DNA of 64,000 nucleotides from Candidatus Omnitrophota bacterium (GTDB lineage Bacteria; Omnitrophota; Gorgyraeia; Gygaellales; JAQTUX01): NCBI GenBank assembly GCA_028707125.1, contig JAQTUX010000002.1, positions 80,355 to 144,354 of the forward strand, read 5' to 3'. Shown piece by piece: positions 55,667 to 64,000 of this stretch (position 1 is its first letter; each line of letters starts with the position of its first letter). The notes under the pieces were generated by a model. It saw only the letters and a program-made list of their open reading frames with translations, ran no database searches and was not told where the DNA came from. The position numbers and the translations under genes were made by a program.

Positions 55667-56845
55667 TTAATGAACCTGAAACCCCTCTCCCCCCGGCATA
55701 GCCCCTCGTATTATCTTGATAAATTTGGGTGCGTTAACCTTAACCGAATATCTCTCTTCGGCTGTTCTTCTTGCCTGCATTCCGATTTTCCCGCGAAGCT
55801 CCGGGCCCTCAATCAGCAAAGAAAGCTTCTCAATCCATTCGGCGTCGGTATCTGCCAGGAAACCATTCTCTCCGTCATTTATTATCGCTTTATTGACGCC
55901 TACCGGAGAACAAACGCAGGGTATACCCATGCCCATATATAGAATTGCCTTAAAACCGCACTTACCCCTCGTCCATTTGTTATCCGGCATCGGCATGATC
56001 CCTATATCAAATGTCTTCAGGTCTTCCCTCTCTTCCGACAAGGACCATTCCTTGCTCTGAATATTAGAGAGGCCGCCTATAGAAAAGTGGCCGCCTACTA
56101 TTTTAAACTTGAGATTATTAAATTTTCCGGAAAGATAAATGAAGACATCTTCCAACATCTCAAGAAAACTTACGGTAGTAATGCTTCCCATCCATCCTAT
56201 AACCAATTCATTGCTGTAATCCTTATGTCGCGGATAATACTTATCCGTATCAATGGGCGTAGGGATCACGGAGACGGCGTTGCTATAACGCAGGGAAAAA
56301 TCAGCCAGATAATTATTGCCGGCTATCACATGCCGGCTGAGTTTGATTATTTTAGATACCTTGTTCGGCCTTTTAAATCTCTCAATGAAATAATTGGGTC
56401 TGCTGCTTGCGGGCAGGAATATCGCATCGTCAAAATCAAAGATTATGCTTTTCCCCAGGAATGACAAGATCGTCTCAAAAAACATGCCGCCGATCGGATA
56501 GGCCTCCCTGTGAATAAAAATGATCCCGTATTGAAAAATAAATATTAAATCCCTGATCCGGGAGAAAGTCCCCAATAAAAAATAATAGAGTTTTCTGAAA
56601 TAATAGCCCTCTTTGTAAAGCAGGCTATACGCTTTACTGCTCCAGAACGGATGTAAGTCATATTTTATCCCGGCAGACTTAAGATAAGGCAGGTATTGCT
56701 CTATCCTGTATCTGTTGCTTGCTCCTTCCGAAGGATAAGGCGACCAGAATAATATCTTCACGCCTTTAATAACTCCCGATAAATCCTTATATACCTCTCG
56801 GTACCCTGCTCTAAGGAAAAATACTTCTCCGCTGCCGCTCTGCAT
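55667..56845 (-). CDS. Glycosyltransferase family 4 (GT-B)
   Basis: C-terminal GT4 motif (LYMGMGIPCVCSPVGVNKAIINDGENGFL). The annotated 5' end overlaps the upstream gene by 88 nt, so the true start is probably an internal GTG/TTG. Confidence 0.7.
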   Translation of the reverse strand: MQSGSGEVFFLRAGYREVYKDLSGVIKGVKILFWSPYPSEGASNRYRIEQYLPYLKSAGIKYDLHPFWSSKAYSLLYKEGYYFRKLYYFLLGTFSRIRDLIFIFQYGIIFIHREAYPIGGMFFETILSFLGKSIIFDFDDAIFLPASSRPNYFIERFKRPNKVSKIIKLSRHVIAGNNYLADFSLRYSNAVSVIPTPIDTDKYYPRHKDYSNELVIGWMGSITTVSFLEMLEDVFIYLSGKFNNLKFKIVGGHFSIGGLSNIQSKEWSLSEEREDLKTFDIGIMPMPDNKWTRGKCGFKAILYMGMGIPCVCSPVGVNKAIINDGENGFLADTDAEWIEKLSLLIEGPELRGKIGMQARRTAEERYSVKVNAPKFIKIIRGAMPGGEGFQVH

Positions 56846-57993
56846 CTCTGTCTTAGAACATCGGCCTTTCCCAACAGCCCCTGCATACTGTTAACTGCCC
56901 TGGCATATTCAAAGGAGTTGAAGCCGGAGATAACGCTCCCAACCCACTCTTCTTCAATTATACGGTCCATATCCCCGATCCCTTCGTTAATAACCACTGG
57001 AAGGCCGCATGCTAAATACTCTCCCACTTTTGTAGGGCAGCATCCTTTACGGGAATAGCCCGGCTTATAGAATGCCAGGCCGACGTCCGCGTTATTTAAG
57101 TATCCCGGCACATCTTCGTGCTCGGCCCGAGTTATCGTTATATGCGCCGGATCCAGGTCCTTTTCCCTGGCCTTTGATTCCGCCAGTGCGCGTTGCCTTG
57201 TGAGGATCAACAAATGCGCGTTATTAATAATACGCCTGGCCGTACGGAAGAAATCATAGATCCCGTCTGTCTCATACCATACGCCTAAGCTGCCAACATA
57301 GATAAACACAAATTTGCCGTTTAATGCCTCTTTCAAACGCCGCTCTATGCCTGCGTTATTGCCGCGATTAAATGCCTTCAAATCTGCTGACGTGGGAATA
57401 ACAGATATGCCGGAATCCCCCTTTTTCCAGTATCTGAATGAGCGGATTTCATCCTTCGCGCTTTCTGACAGGGTCACTACCATATCGGCGTTAAGCAGGA
57501 ATTCTTTCTCAAAATATTTAGCGGCCCTGTATAAAAGACGGCATTTCCAGATGCCCCCTTCAACCCTTTCGTCGGCCCAGAAACCCCTCATATCAAATAT
57601 GAACCGCGTCTTAAGGCACTTTTTCAGAAAAAGCCCTATTAAGGCAGGCACGTAACTTCTGGCGTGCACAATGCCGATTTTATACCGCCTGATCAGCCCG
57701 ATACTGACAACGATACCTGAAAATACATCAAAAATCGTAGATAAAATTTTCGGGCTTTTGTGATACCTGAGGCTTTTCCACTGTATTCCGGAGTCCAAGA
57801 TAACCTGTCTAAGCCGGCCGGCCATCAACTTATCGGCCATTAATTCCGGTTTCTCGTAAGTCAGGGCGGCGATCTTAAAATCTCCCTTATTTTCCTTCAT
57901 TATGCCCGATATATAAGACAGCGCCTGCGACCGGCCTAGATATTCGGTAAAACCGTCATAGGAAATAAACAGGATATTACTGATTTTTCTCAT
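56758..57993 (-). CDS. Glycosyltransferase family 4 (GT-B)
   Basis: GT4 motifs (KVGEYLACGLPVVINEGIGDMDRIIEEEWVG). Confidence 0.75.
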   Translation of the reverse strand: MRKISNILFISYDGFTEYLGRSQALSYISGIMKENKGDFKIAALTYEKPELMADKLMAGRLRQVILDSGIQWKSLRYHKSPKILSTIFDVFSGIVVSIGLIRRYKIGIVHARSYVPALIGLFLKKCLKTRFIFDMRGFWADERVEGGIWKCRLLYRAAKYFEKEFLLNADMVVTLSESAKDEIRSFRYWKKGDSGISVIPTSADLKAFNRGNNAGIERRLKEALNGKFVFIYVGSLGVWYETDGIYDFFRTARRIINNAHLLILTRQRALAESKAREKDLDPAHITITRAEHEDVPGYLNNADVGLAFYKPGYSRKGCCPTKVGEYLACGLPVVINEGIGDMDRIIEEEWVGSVISGFNSFEYARAVNSMQGLLGKADVLRQRCRAAAEKYFSLEQGTERYIRIYRELLKA

Positions 57994-59476
57994 AAATAAT
58001 ATTTCCCCGGCCGCCTCCCAACAAGTGATTAATGCCTATGGCCGCAAACATAAGTAAAAAAACTGCTGCCGTATCCCTATGCCTGAATACAGTCCCTATA
58101 TTCCCTTCGGCGAGGGCGTATGCGCTCAATATGATAAATGTAAACAACAGAGGGAGCAGCACGTTGCCGTACCTGTATCTCAACGCGATAATGATCCCGA
58201 TAACAATAAATGGAAATAATATATAAAATAGAGTTGCCTGCATTAAACCCAGCAATCCGGAGGTATTACGGAGAACCGAAAACGGAAAAGGAGAAAATAG
58301 GACATAGCTTAGGCCCTTAAAATAAGAAAATGCCAGATCAGGATATGAAATGCTTAGCTTTGAATTATAATATTTCTCGGGATATATCTTGTAGGCGGTA
58401 TATGCCGCGTCCAACTGATTTTCCTGACGATTGATCAACATCCGGGTAAAATGATCATAGCGTTCTTTAATATTGGATTCATACGGATGAAAATAAAGTA
58501 TTCCCGCGCAGATCAAGATCGTCATACAGGATAGAACGCGTTTATTGAACAGCAGGATCCTTTCTAAGAGAAACGATATCAACAAAAGGGAAAGCAGATG
58601 CGGCCTGGATAACTCCAGGAAGGTAAATGAAAGCTTCATAACCGCGATATATGCCAAGAACGCGATGATGCCTTTGTTAAAGGTAAATTTGGCCTTCCAT
58701 CTCCCGGCAAATCTTGACAGGCAGAATAGGGAAGAAAACAACAATAATATAATATAATTAGAATATGCCAGGATCAGCAGCAACGCCATAAACCACAGCG
58801 TATTCATGTTCTCCTTGAGATACATTAAATAAATGAAGATATTCAATACAACGAGGAATATCAGAAGTGACTCTTTCAACCCTGTTGTCGACCATAACAA
58901 TACTGAAGGCCAGAATAAAGTCAGTATTAAGGCTATTTTTGCCGCCCTTAACGAAAAGGATCTTCTTACCAATATAAACAGGAGAATGCCGGTAAGGACC
59001 GAAAGCAAACTATTTATTAATTTTATGATTACGGGATTGTACCCAAAAACCGAATAGATAAATCCGATATATCTGACAAATATATCGGTCCTGTAACCTA
59101 TACCCGGCAATAAACCCTGATATGCGTCGCGCATGTTATTTACCCAGTCAACCTCATTATTATCTATGTTCAACGCCGGTTTTTGAGTAATTACCTCTGC
59201 TATATATTGCCCGCTTGCCGAATATGCCCGCGCATCCCCTATAAAATCGGCGCCCTTTTGCGTACCCCAGACAGCATAATAATGGAAAAACGACAGGATG
59301 AACCTCAGGGACAAAGCCAATATACAGACCTTTATAATAAACCGCCTGTCTGCGGTATCGCCTGAAAACCGGCTAAACAGCCTCAGCATCAATATCGCCA
59401 GTATCACAATAAATAATGTGGCCGGAGAGAAAAACGACCATACCCCGAGAAAAACGGCTGATAATAAGGCCTTCAT
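57977..59476 (-). CDS. Polytopic integral membrane protein (possible O-antigen polymerase/ligase-like or GT-C)
   Basis: 499 aa, more than 10 hydrophobic helices, one larger loop (YSNYIILLLF...RPHLLSLLL). No soluble domain. Confidence 0.4.
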   Translation of the reverse strand: MKALLSAVFLGVWSFFSPATLFIVILAILMLRLFSRFSGDTADRRFIIKVCILALSLRFILSFFHYYAVWGTQKGADFIGDARAYSASGQYIAEVITQKPALNIDNNEVDWVNNMRDAYQGLLPGIGYRTDIFVRYIGFIYSVFGYNPVIIKLINSLLSVLTGILLFILVRRSFSLRAAKIALILTLFWPSVLLWSTTGLKESLLIFLVVLNIFIYLMYLKENMNTLWFMALLLILAYSNYIILLLFSSLFCLSRFAGRWKAKFTFNKGIIAFLAYIAVMKLSFTFLELSRPHLLSLLLISFLLERILLFNKRVLSCMTILICAGILYFHPYESNIKERYDHFTRMLINRQENQLDAAYTAYKIYPEKYYNSKLSISYPDLAFSYFKGLSYVLFSPFPFSVLRNTSGLLGLMQATLFYILFPFIVIGIIIALRYRYGNVLLPLLFTFIILSAYALAEGNIGTVFRHRDTAAVFLLMFAAIGINHLLGGGRGNIIYEKNQ

Positions 59477-59480
59477 AGCG

Positions 59481-60113
59481 CTATGGTTTTTTGGGCCCGC
59501 AGATTATTACGTTCATTTTATTCATTCCGAAATTCAAGTTATAATACCTGAGGATATTCAGCTTCCAGGAAATAAGTTTGCACTGCCCATCAAGCGTCCT
59601 GATAAACTGCCCCCGATCCAATGATCTAAGCATCATACTGACGGGATTCCTCGTTTCTACGGCGGGGTCGATTATGACTATCCTGTCTCTCGCGGTCATA
59701 TTAACTTTCTCTAACAGGCCTGATGCCGCGTCGTCGGAAAAATGATGCAGGACGCCGATCAGCAGAACAATATCGAAATGCTCCGGGATGAATTCAAAAT
59801 CATTTATGTCTGAAACCAGAAAACGCTTTAATCTATCTCCCTTAAACCTGCCGCGCGCATACTTTATATATCCTTCATTTATATCAAATCCAATATACTC
59901 CCCTTTGGCCAAATCGGCAAAGTTTCCGGTGCCGCAACATATATCCAGGGTCCTCTGGCCGGCATTCAGGCCAAGCCGTTCAGAAAGCAGGGACTTGACC
60001 TTTTTAATGTTAAAAATCGTCAAGGCGCTTAACTGATAACCATAGGGATTGTCCAGTATATTCATCTTCCTCTGTTGCCGACTAATCCAAAAACCGTTCC
60101 TTCCATAATTCAA
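59481..60113 (-). CDS. Class I SAM-dependent methyltransferase
   Basis: TLDICCGTGNFADL motif I and DIVLLIGVLHH motif II. Confidence 0.75.
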   Translation of the reverse strand: MNYGRNGFWISRQQRKMNILDNPYGYQLSALTIFNIKKVKSLLSERLGLNAGQRTLDICCGTGNFADLAKGEYIGFDINEGYIKYARGRFKGDRLKRFLVSDINDFEFIPEHFDIVLLIGVLHHFSDDAASGLLEKVNMTARDRIVIIDPAVETRNPVSMMLRSLDRGQFIRTLDGQCKLISWKLNILRYYNLNFGMNKMNVIICGPKKP

Positions 60114-61992
60114 ACATAAATAATGCCCAGATCAATTTCCTGTTGTCCTTCCTGCGCTCAAAATGTTCCTTCAGCATTTGCTTAATATATGAGTAGTTAA
60201 ACAGGCCGGCATTTTTAATTCTGTCTTCGCTCAGGAAATCACAGATTATCTGCCGCAGCTCATTATGTATCCATCTTGCCACCGGTATACCAAAGCCCTT
60301 CTTTCCGCGATTGATAATCTTTGGCGGCAATATCTTTCTCGCAAGAAGCAGCTTTCTGAAATTTAGTTTGGTATGCGGATATCTGAATTTCAAGGTAAAT
60401 TTGAGGCTATTCACAAATTCGACTAAATCATTGTCCAGAAACGGCGAACGCACCTCTAAAGAATTCGCCATGCTGGCGCGGTCAACCTTGGTCAGAATGT
60501 CATCCTGAAGATATAACCGCATATCGGAAAACAGTATCTTCAGATGATTGTCGGCATGCCTTTCATCTGATCCTGCCAACTCCTCAAAATTCTCAGACAA
60601 CGGCTCCAGCCCATCCCTGCCTGCCAGGCCGTTTCTTACGGAAGGCAGAAACAGGACCAGCTTCTGCGCGGGAGAGAATGCCCCCATCCATATTTGATGC
60701 CTGACATCCGCGGGGAAGCCGACTCCGGATATAAATTTCTTTACCTTAAAATCAAGGCTGAAGTTATTGAAGGAAACCGGCAATCTACCGCCTACGGCCT
60801 CTAATATCCTTTTTCTTATAAAATAAGGCAGTTTCAGGTATATTTTATCGGCAAAATGATGGGCGATATGAGTCGGATACCCGGCAAACAGCTCGTCTCC
60901 TCCGTCGCCGCCCAGCGCTACCGTAACGTGTTGCCTGGTGAATCTTGAAAGAATATAGGTCGGCAAGAGCGACGCGTCGGCAAAGGGCTCATCAATAATG
61001 TCATAAATATCGGGGATGATCTCCAGGCAGTCTTTCGCGCTGAATTTCATCTGATAATGCTCCGACTTTATATGATCAGCCGCGAGTTCCGCGTATGGCG
61101 ACTCATCAAATGTCTTGTCATCAAAACTGACGGAAAATGTCTTCATCCTGTTGCCCAGTGGCCTGGCGGCAAAGGCCGCGATAGCCGAAGAATCTATGCC
61201 TCCGCTTAAAAATATACCTAAGGGGACATCTGAGATCAAATGCCTGTTTACCGCCTTATCCAACAGGTCAAAAAGCCTCTCTGATGCCTCAACTTCATCA
61301 ATATTATCCCTCCACCCCAAACGTATATTCCAGTATCTCTCAAGCGACACCTTCCCGCCCTGCACAACCATCAGATGAGAGGCGGGAAGCTTGCTTATGT
61401 CTTTAAAAATGCTCTTGGGGGCCGGCACGTATTCAAATGTCAAATATTCGTTCAAAGAATTTTGATCCAGCTCTCTTGATACCGAAGGGTGCTTTAGAAG
61501 AGATTTTATTTCAGACGCAAAGAGCAATTGCCCGTTTTTGAATCTGTAGTACAGGGGCTTTTGCCCCATTCTATCGCGGGCCAGAAAGAGCCTTTTTTCC
61601 GCGCTGTCCCATATGCAGAAGGCGAACATCCCGTTAAGTTTATCGACACAGCGAATACCCTCTTCCTCGTAAAGATGGACGATGACCTCTGTATCGCTTT
61701 TTGTGTAAAATCTATGCCCTTTCTTTATCAATCCCTCCCTCAACTCTAAAAAGTTATATATTTCACCGTTAAATACTATCCATATCCTGTTGTTCTCGTT
61801 GTGGATCGGCTGACGGCCTGTTTGCAGGTCTATGATCTCCAGGCGCCTCATTGCCAGCCCTACGTTCCCCTGAACGAATTCTCCCGCATCGTCAGGGCCG
61901 CGATGAACAAGCGCGTCTCTCATCTTTATCAATATATCTGAAGATACCTGCCTGCTCTCATCAACATTAAATATACCGCAAATACCGCACAT
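60082..61992 (-). CDS. Asparagine synthetase B-like glutamine-dependent amidotransferase (third paralogue)
   Basis: MCGICGIFNV start and FLSGGIDSS PP-loop. Confidence 0.85.
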   Translation of the reverse strand: MCGICGIFNVDESRQVSSDILIKMRDALVHRGPDDAGEFVQGNVGLAMRRLEIIDLQTGRQPIHNENNRIWIVFNGEIYNFLELREGLIKKGHRFYTKSDTEVIVHLYEEEGIRCVDKLNGMFAFCIWDSAEKRLFLARDRMGQKPLYYRFKNGQLLFASEIKSLLKHPSVSRELDQNSLNEYLTFEYVPAPKSIFKDISKLPASHLMVVQGGKVSLERYWNIRLGWRDNIDEVEASERLFDLLDKAVNRHLISDVPLGIFLSGGIDSSAIAAFAARPLGNRMKTFSVSFDDKTFDESPYAELAADHIKSEHYQMKFSAKDCLEIIPDIYDIIDEPFADASLLPTYILSRFTRQHVTVALGGDGGDELFAGYPTHIAHHFADKIYLKLPYFIRKRILEAVGGRLPVSFNNFSLDFKVKKFISGVGFPADVRHQIWMGAFSPAQKLVLFLPSVRNGLAGRDGLEPLSENFEELAGSDERHADNHLKILFSDMRLYLQDDILTKVDRASMANSLEVRSPFLDNDLVEFVNSLKFTLKFRYPHTKLNFRKLLLARKILPPKIINRGKKGFGIPVARWIHNELRQIICDFLSEDRIKNAGLFNYSYIKQMLKEHFERRKDNRKLIWALFMFELWKERFLD

Positions 61993-61999
61993 ATACGGC

Positions 62000-62956
62000 C
62001 TACGGGTGTATTTTGTTTTTCATAATATAAATTTTTTTATTCTGGGCCTCGTAAAAGGTCCGGATATTTATTTCTGCCAATAAACCGGTAAGGACCATTT
62101 GGATACCTGAAATAAAAAGTACAACCATTATGAATATCAGCGGCGTGGCGCTTAGCCGGTGCAATAAGATGGCCCTGTATGCCACGATCAGGAAGGATAT
62201 AAACCCGAAGAATAACAAGATCAATCCAGGGCCTCCAAACATATAGATGGGCTTTGTGGAATAGGACGTAAGCAGCTTAACGGTTACCAGGTCCAGAATA
62301 ACCTTAAATGTGCGAAGGATCCCGTACTTTGACCTTCCCCTTGTCCTGGCGGCATGATCCACCTCTACCTCGGCGATAACGGCCCCATTCCAACCCAGGA
62401 GCGCGGGTATAAACCTGTGCATTTCGCCGTAAAGTTTGACCTGTTTAACTAATTCTGCCCGATAAGCCCTGAGAGTACAGCCGTAATCATGGAGCTTTAT
62501 CCCCGTTACAAAAGAAATAATGCTGTTGGCTATGCGGGAAGGGATCCTGCGGGTTATCAATTTGTCCCTTCTTTTTCTTCGCCAGCCGCAAACTACGTCG
62601 TATCCGGCCCCCATTGCCTTTATCAACGCCGGGATATCTTCGGGTTTGTTCTGCAGATCTGAATCCAGGGTAACGATCAGATCGCCTTTGGCGTGGTCAA
62701 AACCGGCGGATAGGGCGGCTGTCTGGCCAAAGTTTTTCTTAAATTGAAGCACGCGCATATAGGGATATTTTTTTGCCAAGACGCTCAGGATCTCATTTGT
62801 TCCATCGGTTGAGCCGTCATCAACGCATATTACCTCAAAACTACTACCCAGGCCGGTCAAAACGCTATTCAAGCGCTCAAGACACTCTTCAATGTTATCT
62901 TTTTCATTATAGACCGGCATCACTACAGATAAAATCTTAAAACCAGCTTCTTCCAT
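62000..62956 (-). CDS. GT2 polyprenol-phosphate glycosyltransferase (GtrB/ArnC-like)
   Basis: LSVVMPVYNEKDNIEECL...VICVDDGSTDGT...LDSDLQ and two C-terminal TM helices. Confidence 0.8.
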   Translation of the reverse strand: MEEAGFKILSVVMPVYNEKDNIEECLERLNSVLTGLGSSFEVICVDDGSTDGTNEILSVLAKKYPYMRVLQFKKNFGQTAALSAGFDHAKGDLIVTLDSDLQNKPEDIPALIKAMGAGYDVVCGWRRKRRDKLITRRIPSRIANSIISFVTGIKLHDYGCTLRAYRAELVKQVKLYGEMHRFIPALLGWNGAVIAEVEVDHAARTRGRSKYGILRTFKVILDLVTVKLLTSYSTKPIYMFGGPGLILLFFGFISFLIVAYRAILLHRLSATPLIFIMVVLFISGIQMVLTGLLAEINIRTFYEAQNKKIYIMKNKIHP

Positions 62957-62969
62957 GGCTTTTTCTTCC

Positions 62970-63920
62970 TTATTTAGTTGGAGCGGCCATTTTAGTGTTT
63001 TGCCTGTACCAGTCGTAGGCCTTCCTTATCCCTTCCTCTAAAGGCACCGATGCCTCCCATCCCGATTTTCTGATCTTATCGTTATTTAAAAGTTTCCTGA
63101 GGGGTCCGTCCGGCCTGGAACTGTCAAAAACTATCTTTCCCTCATAGCCGACTATTTTCTTTATCAACTCCGCCAGGTCCCTGATCGCGATATCCGTCCC
63201 TGTGCCGATATTTATGACCTTAAACCCAATATCACCGCCTGCCAGGGATACGCAGGCATTAGCTAAATCATCCGCATAAATGAATTCACGGCGCGGCGCG
63301 CCTGTCCCCCAAATAGCCACTTCCGGCTTTTTATCGGTCTTGGCCTGATGAAATTTAATTATCAATGAAGGCAAGACATGGCTGTCTTCCTCATCATAGC
63401 GGTCATTCGGCCCATAAACCGTCGCGGGGATAACGGCGAGGAAATCTGTCCCATATTGTTTGTTATATGCCTCGCACATCTTTATGCCGGCGATCTTAGC
63501 AAGCGCGTAGGACTGGCTGCTTTGCTCCAACTGACCGGTTAAAACCTGTTCTTCAACCATCGGCTGAGGACAATCCTTGGGGTAGACACAAGAACTGGCA
63601 AAATAAATAAGCCTTTTCACGGAGCTCATGTACGCGCAATGTATCATATTCGTCTGGGCGATAAGATTTTGATACATTAATTCTGCCGGATATTTTGTAT
63701 TGGCTCCGATACCGCCCTCCTTTACGTGGGCAAGAAAACAATATTCCGGCCTGGAATCTTTAAACAAATTCAATACCGCCTTCTGATCAGACATATCTAC
63801 CCCGGATGATTCTACCAGCATTAATCCCTTGAAACCCTCTCTCTTAAAATAATCTGCCAGAACCCTGCCTATTAATCCCTCGAGGCCCGCGATCAAGATC
63901 CTGGAATCCCTTTTAATCAT
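62970..63920 (-). CDS. fcl: GDP-L-fucose synthase (GDP-4-keto-6-deoxy-D-mannose 3,5-epimerase/4-reductase)
   Basis: Close motif-by-motif correspondence to Fcl: RILIAGLEGLIG..., TKYPAELMYQNLIAQTNMIHCA, LIYFASSCVYPK, YALAKIAGIKMCEAYNKQYG, PATVYGPND, VAIWGTGAPRREF, DGPLRKLLNNDKIRKSGW. Confidence 0.85.
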   Translation of the reverse strand: MIKRDSRILIAGLEGLIGRVLADYFKREGFKGLMLVESSGVDMSDQKAVLNLFKDSRPEYCFLAHVKEGGIGANTKYPAELMYQNLIAQTNMIHCAYMSSVKRLIYFASSCVYPKDCPQPMVEEQVLTGQLEQSSQSYALAKIAGIKMCEAYNKQYGTDFLAVIPATVYGPNDRYDEEDSHVLPSLIIKFHQAKTDKKPEVAIWGTGAPRREFIYADDLANACVSLAGGDIGFKVINIGTGTDIAIRDLAELIKKIVGYEGKIVFDSSRPDGPLRKLLNNDKIRKSGWEASVPLEEGIRKAYDWYRQNTKMAAPTK

Positions 63921-64000
63921 TTGTTCTCCGATAAGAAATCCCGTATGACATTAAGCACATAATCCAGCTCCTTCCTGCCCATATCCTGATGGATCCCGAT
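63917..64000 (-). CDS. 3' end of an upstream gene (27 C-terminal residues); possibly a DegT/DnrJ/EryC1-type sugar aminotransferase
   Basis: Translation ...IGIHQDMGRKELDYVLNVIRDFLSENK* with an ATGA overlap with fcl. The tail resembles DegT-family C-termini (L-hp-lt--d-dYV---I--F). It does not resemble the Gmd C-terminus. Very short, so weak. Confidence 0.3.
   Translation of the reverse strand: MGIHQDMGRKELDYVLNVIRDFLSENK

Noticed and set aside
55478-56060. Plus-strand ORFs of 154 and 114 aa
   Set aside because: They are antisense to the AsnB-like and GT4 genes. No motifs.
1-64000. Possibility of CRISPR arrays, tRNA/rRNA genes or IS / transposase elements
   Set aside because: By eye there are no regularly spaced direct repeats, no tRNA-like cloverleaf candidates in the few intergenic gaps, and no transposase- or integrase-like ORFs. 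Coding density is about 98 percent on one strand.

Overview
The whole 64-kb window is a single contiguous glycan / cell-envelope polysaccharide biosynthesis locus. All 56 genes I can support are on the minus strand. Most are separated by only a few nucleotides or overlap by 1-30 nt (ATGA-type stop/start coupling), so the locus behaves like one or a few very long transcription units. I see no rRNA, tRNA, CRISPR array, transposase or integrase.

The content divides into five parts.

- **Sugar-nucleotide supply.** A GDP-L-fucose synthase (Fcl) and a module resembling a CDP-deoxyhexose pathway: a glucose-1-phosphate cytidylyltransferase-like nucleotidyltransferase, two extended-SDR epimerase/dehydratases, and a zinc-ribbon SAM methyltransferase.
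- **Nonulosonic / ulosonic-acid-like machinery.** A short NeuB-like synthase, four CMP-sugar-synthetase-like cytidylyltransferase domains (two fused to GT2 glycosyltransferase domains), three asparagine-synthetase-like amidotransferases, and a glutaminase-fused PseA/WbuX-like PP-loop amidotransferase.
- **An acyl-carrier sub-operon.** An FkbH-like HAD-IIIC loader, an ACP, a MaoC dehydratase, an SDR and a SAM methyltransferase, followed by an AAC(3)-like N-acyltransferase fused to a DUF4910 / M28-like domain.
- **An unusual concentration of redox enzymes.** Four B12-binding radical SAM enzymes and one radical SAM/SPASM enzyme. Alongside these is a block of alpha-keto / alpha-hydroxy-acid oxidoreductases: a ketol-acid-reductoisomerase homologue, two D-2-hydroxyacid dehydrogenases, an Ldh_2-family enzyme, a Gfo/Idh/MocA enzyme and an SDR.
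- **Assembly and export.** Several polyprenol-phosphate sugar synthases (GtrB/ArnC-like GT2) sit next to GT-C-type (ArnT/PMT-like) membrane glycosyltransferases. There are also GT4 and GT2 transferases, an MsbA-like ABC exporter, a pyruvyl-transferase-like protein and three large uncharacterised GT-B-like proteins.

The only clear regulatory signals are a near-consensus sigma70-type promoter and a palindromic operator immediately upstream of an embedded GbsR/MarR-family regulator.

The most interesting candidate system is an acyl-ACP-dependent N-acylation of a CMP-activated, amidated acidic sugar, combined with B12-radical-SAM chemistry and keto-acid reductases. All functional assignments come from motif recognition by eye; no database searches were run.
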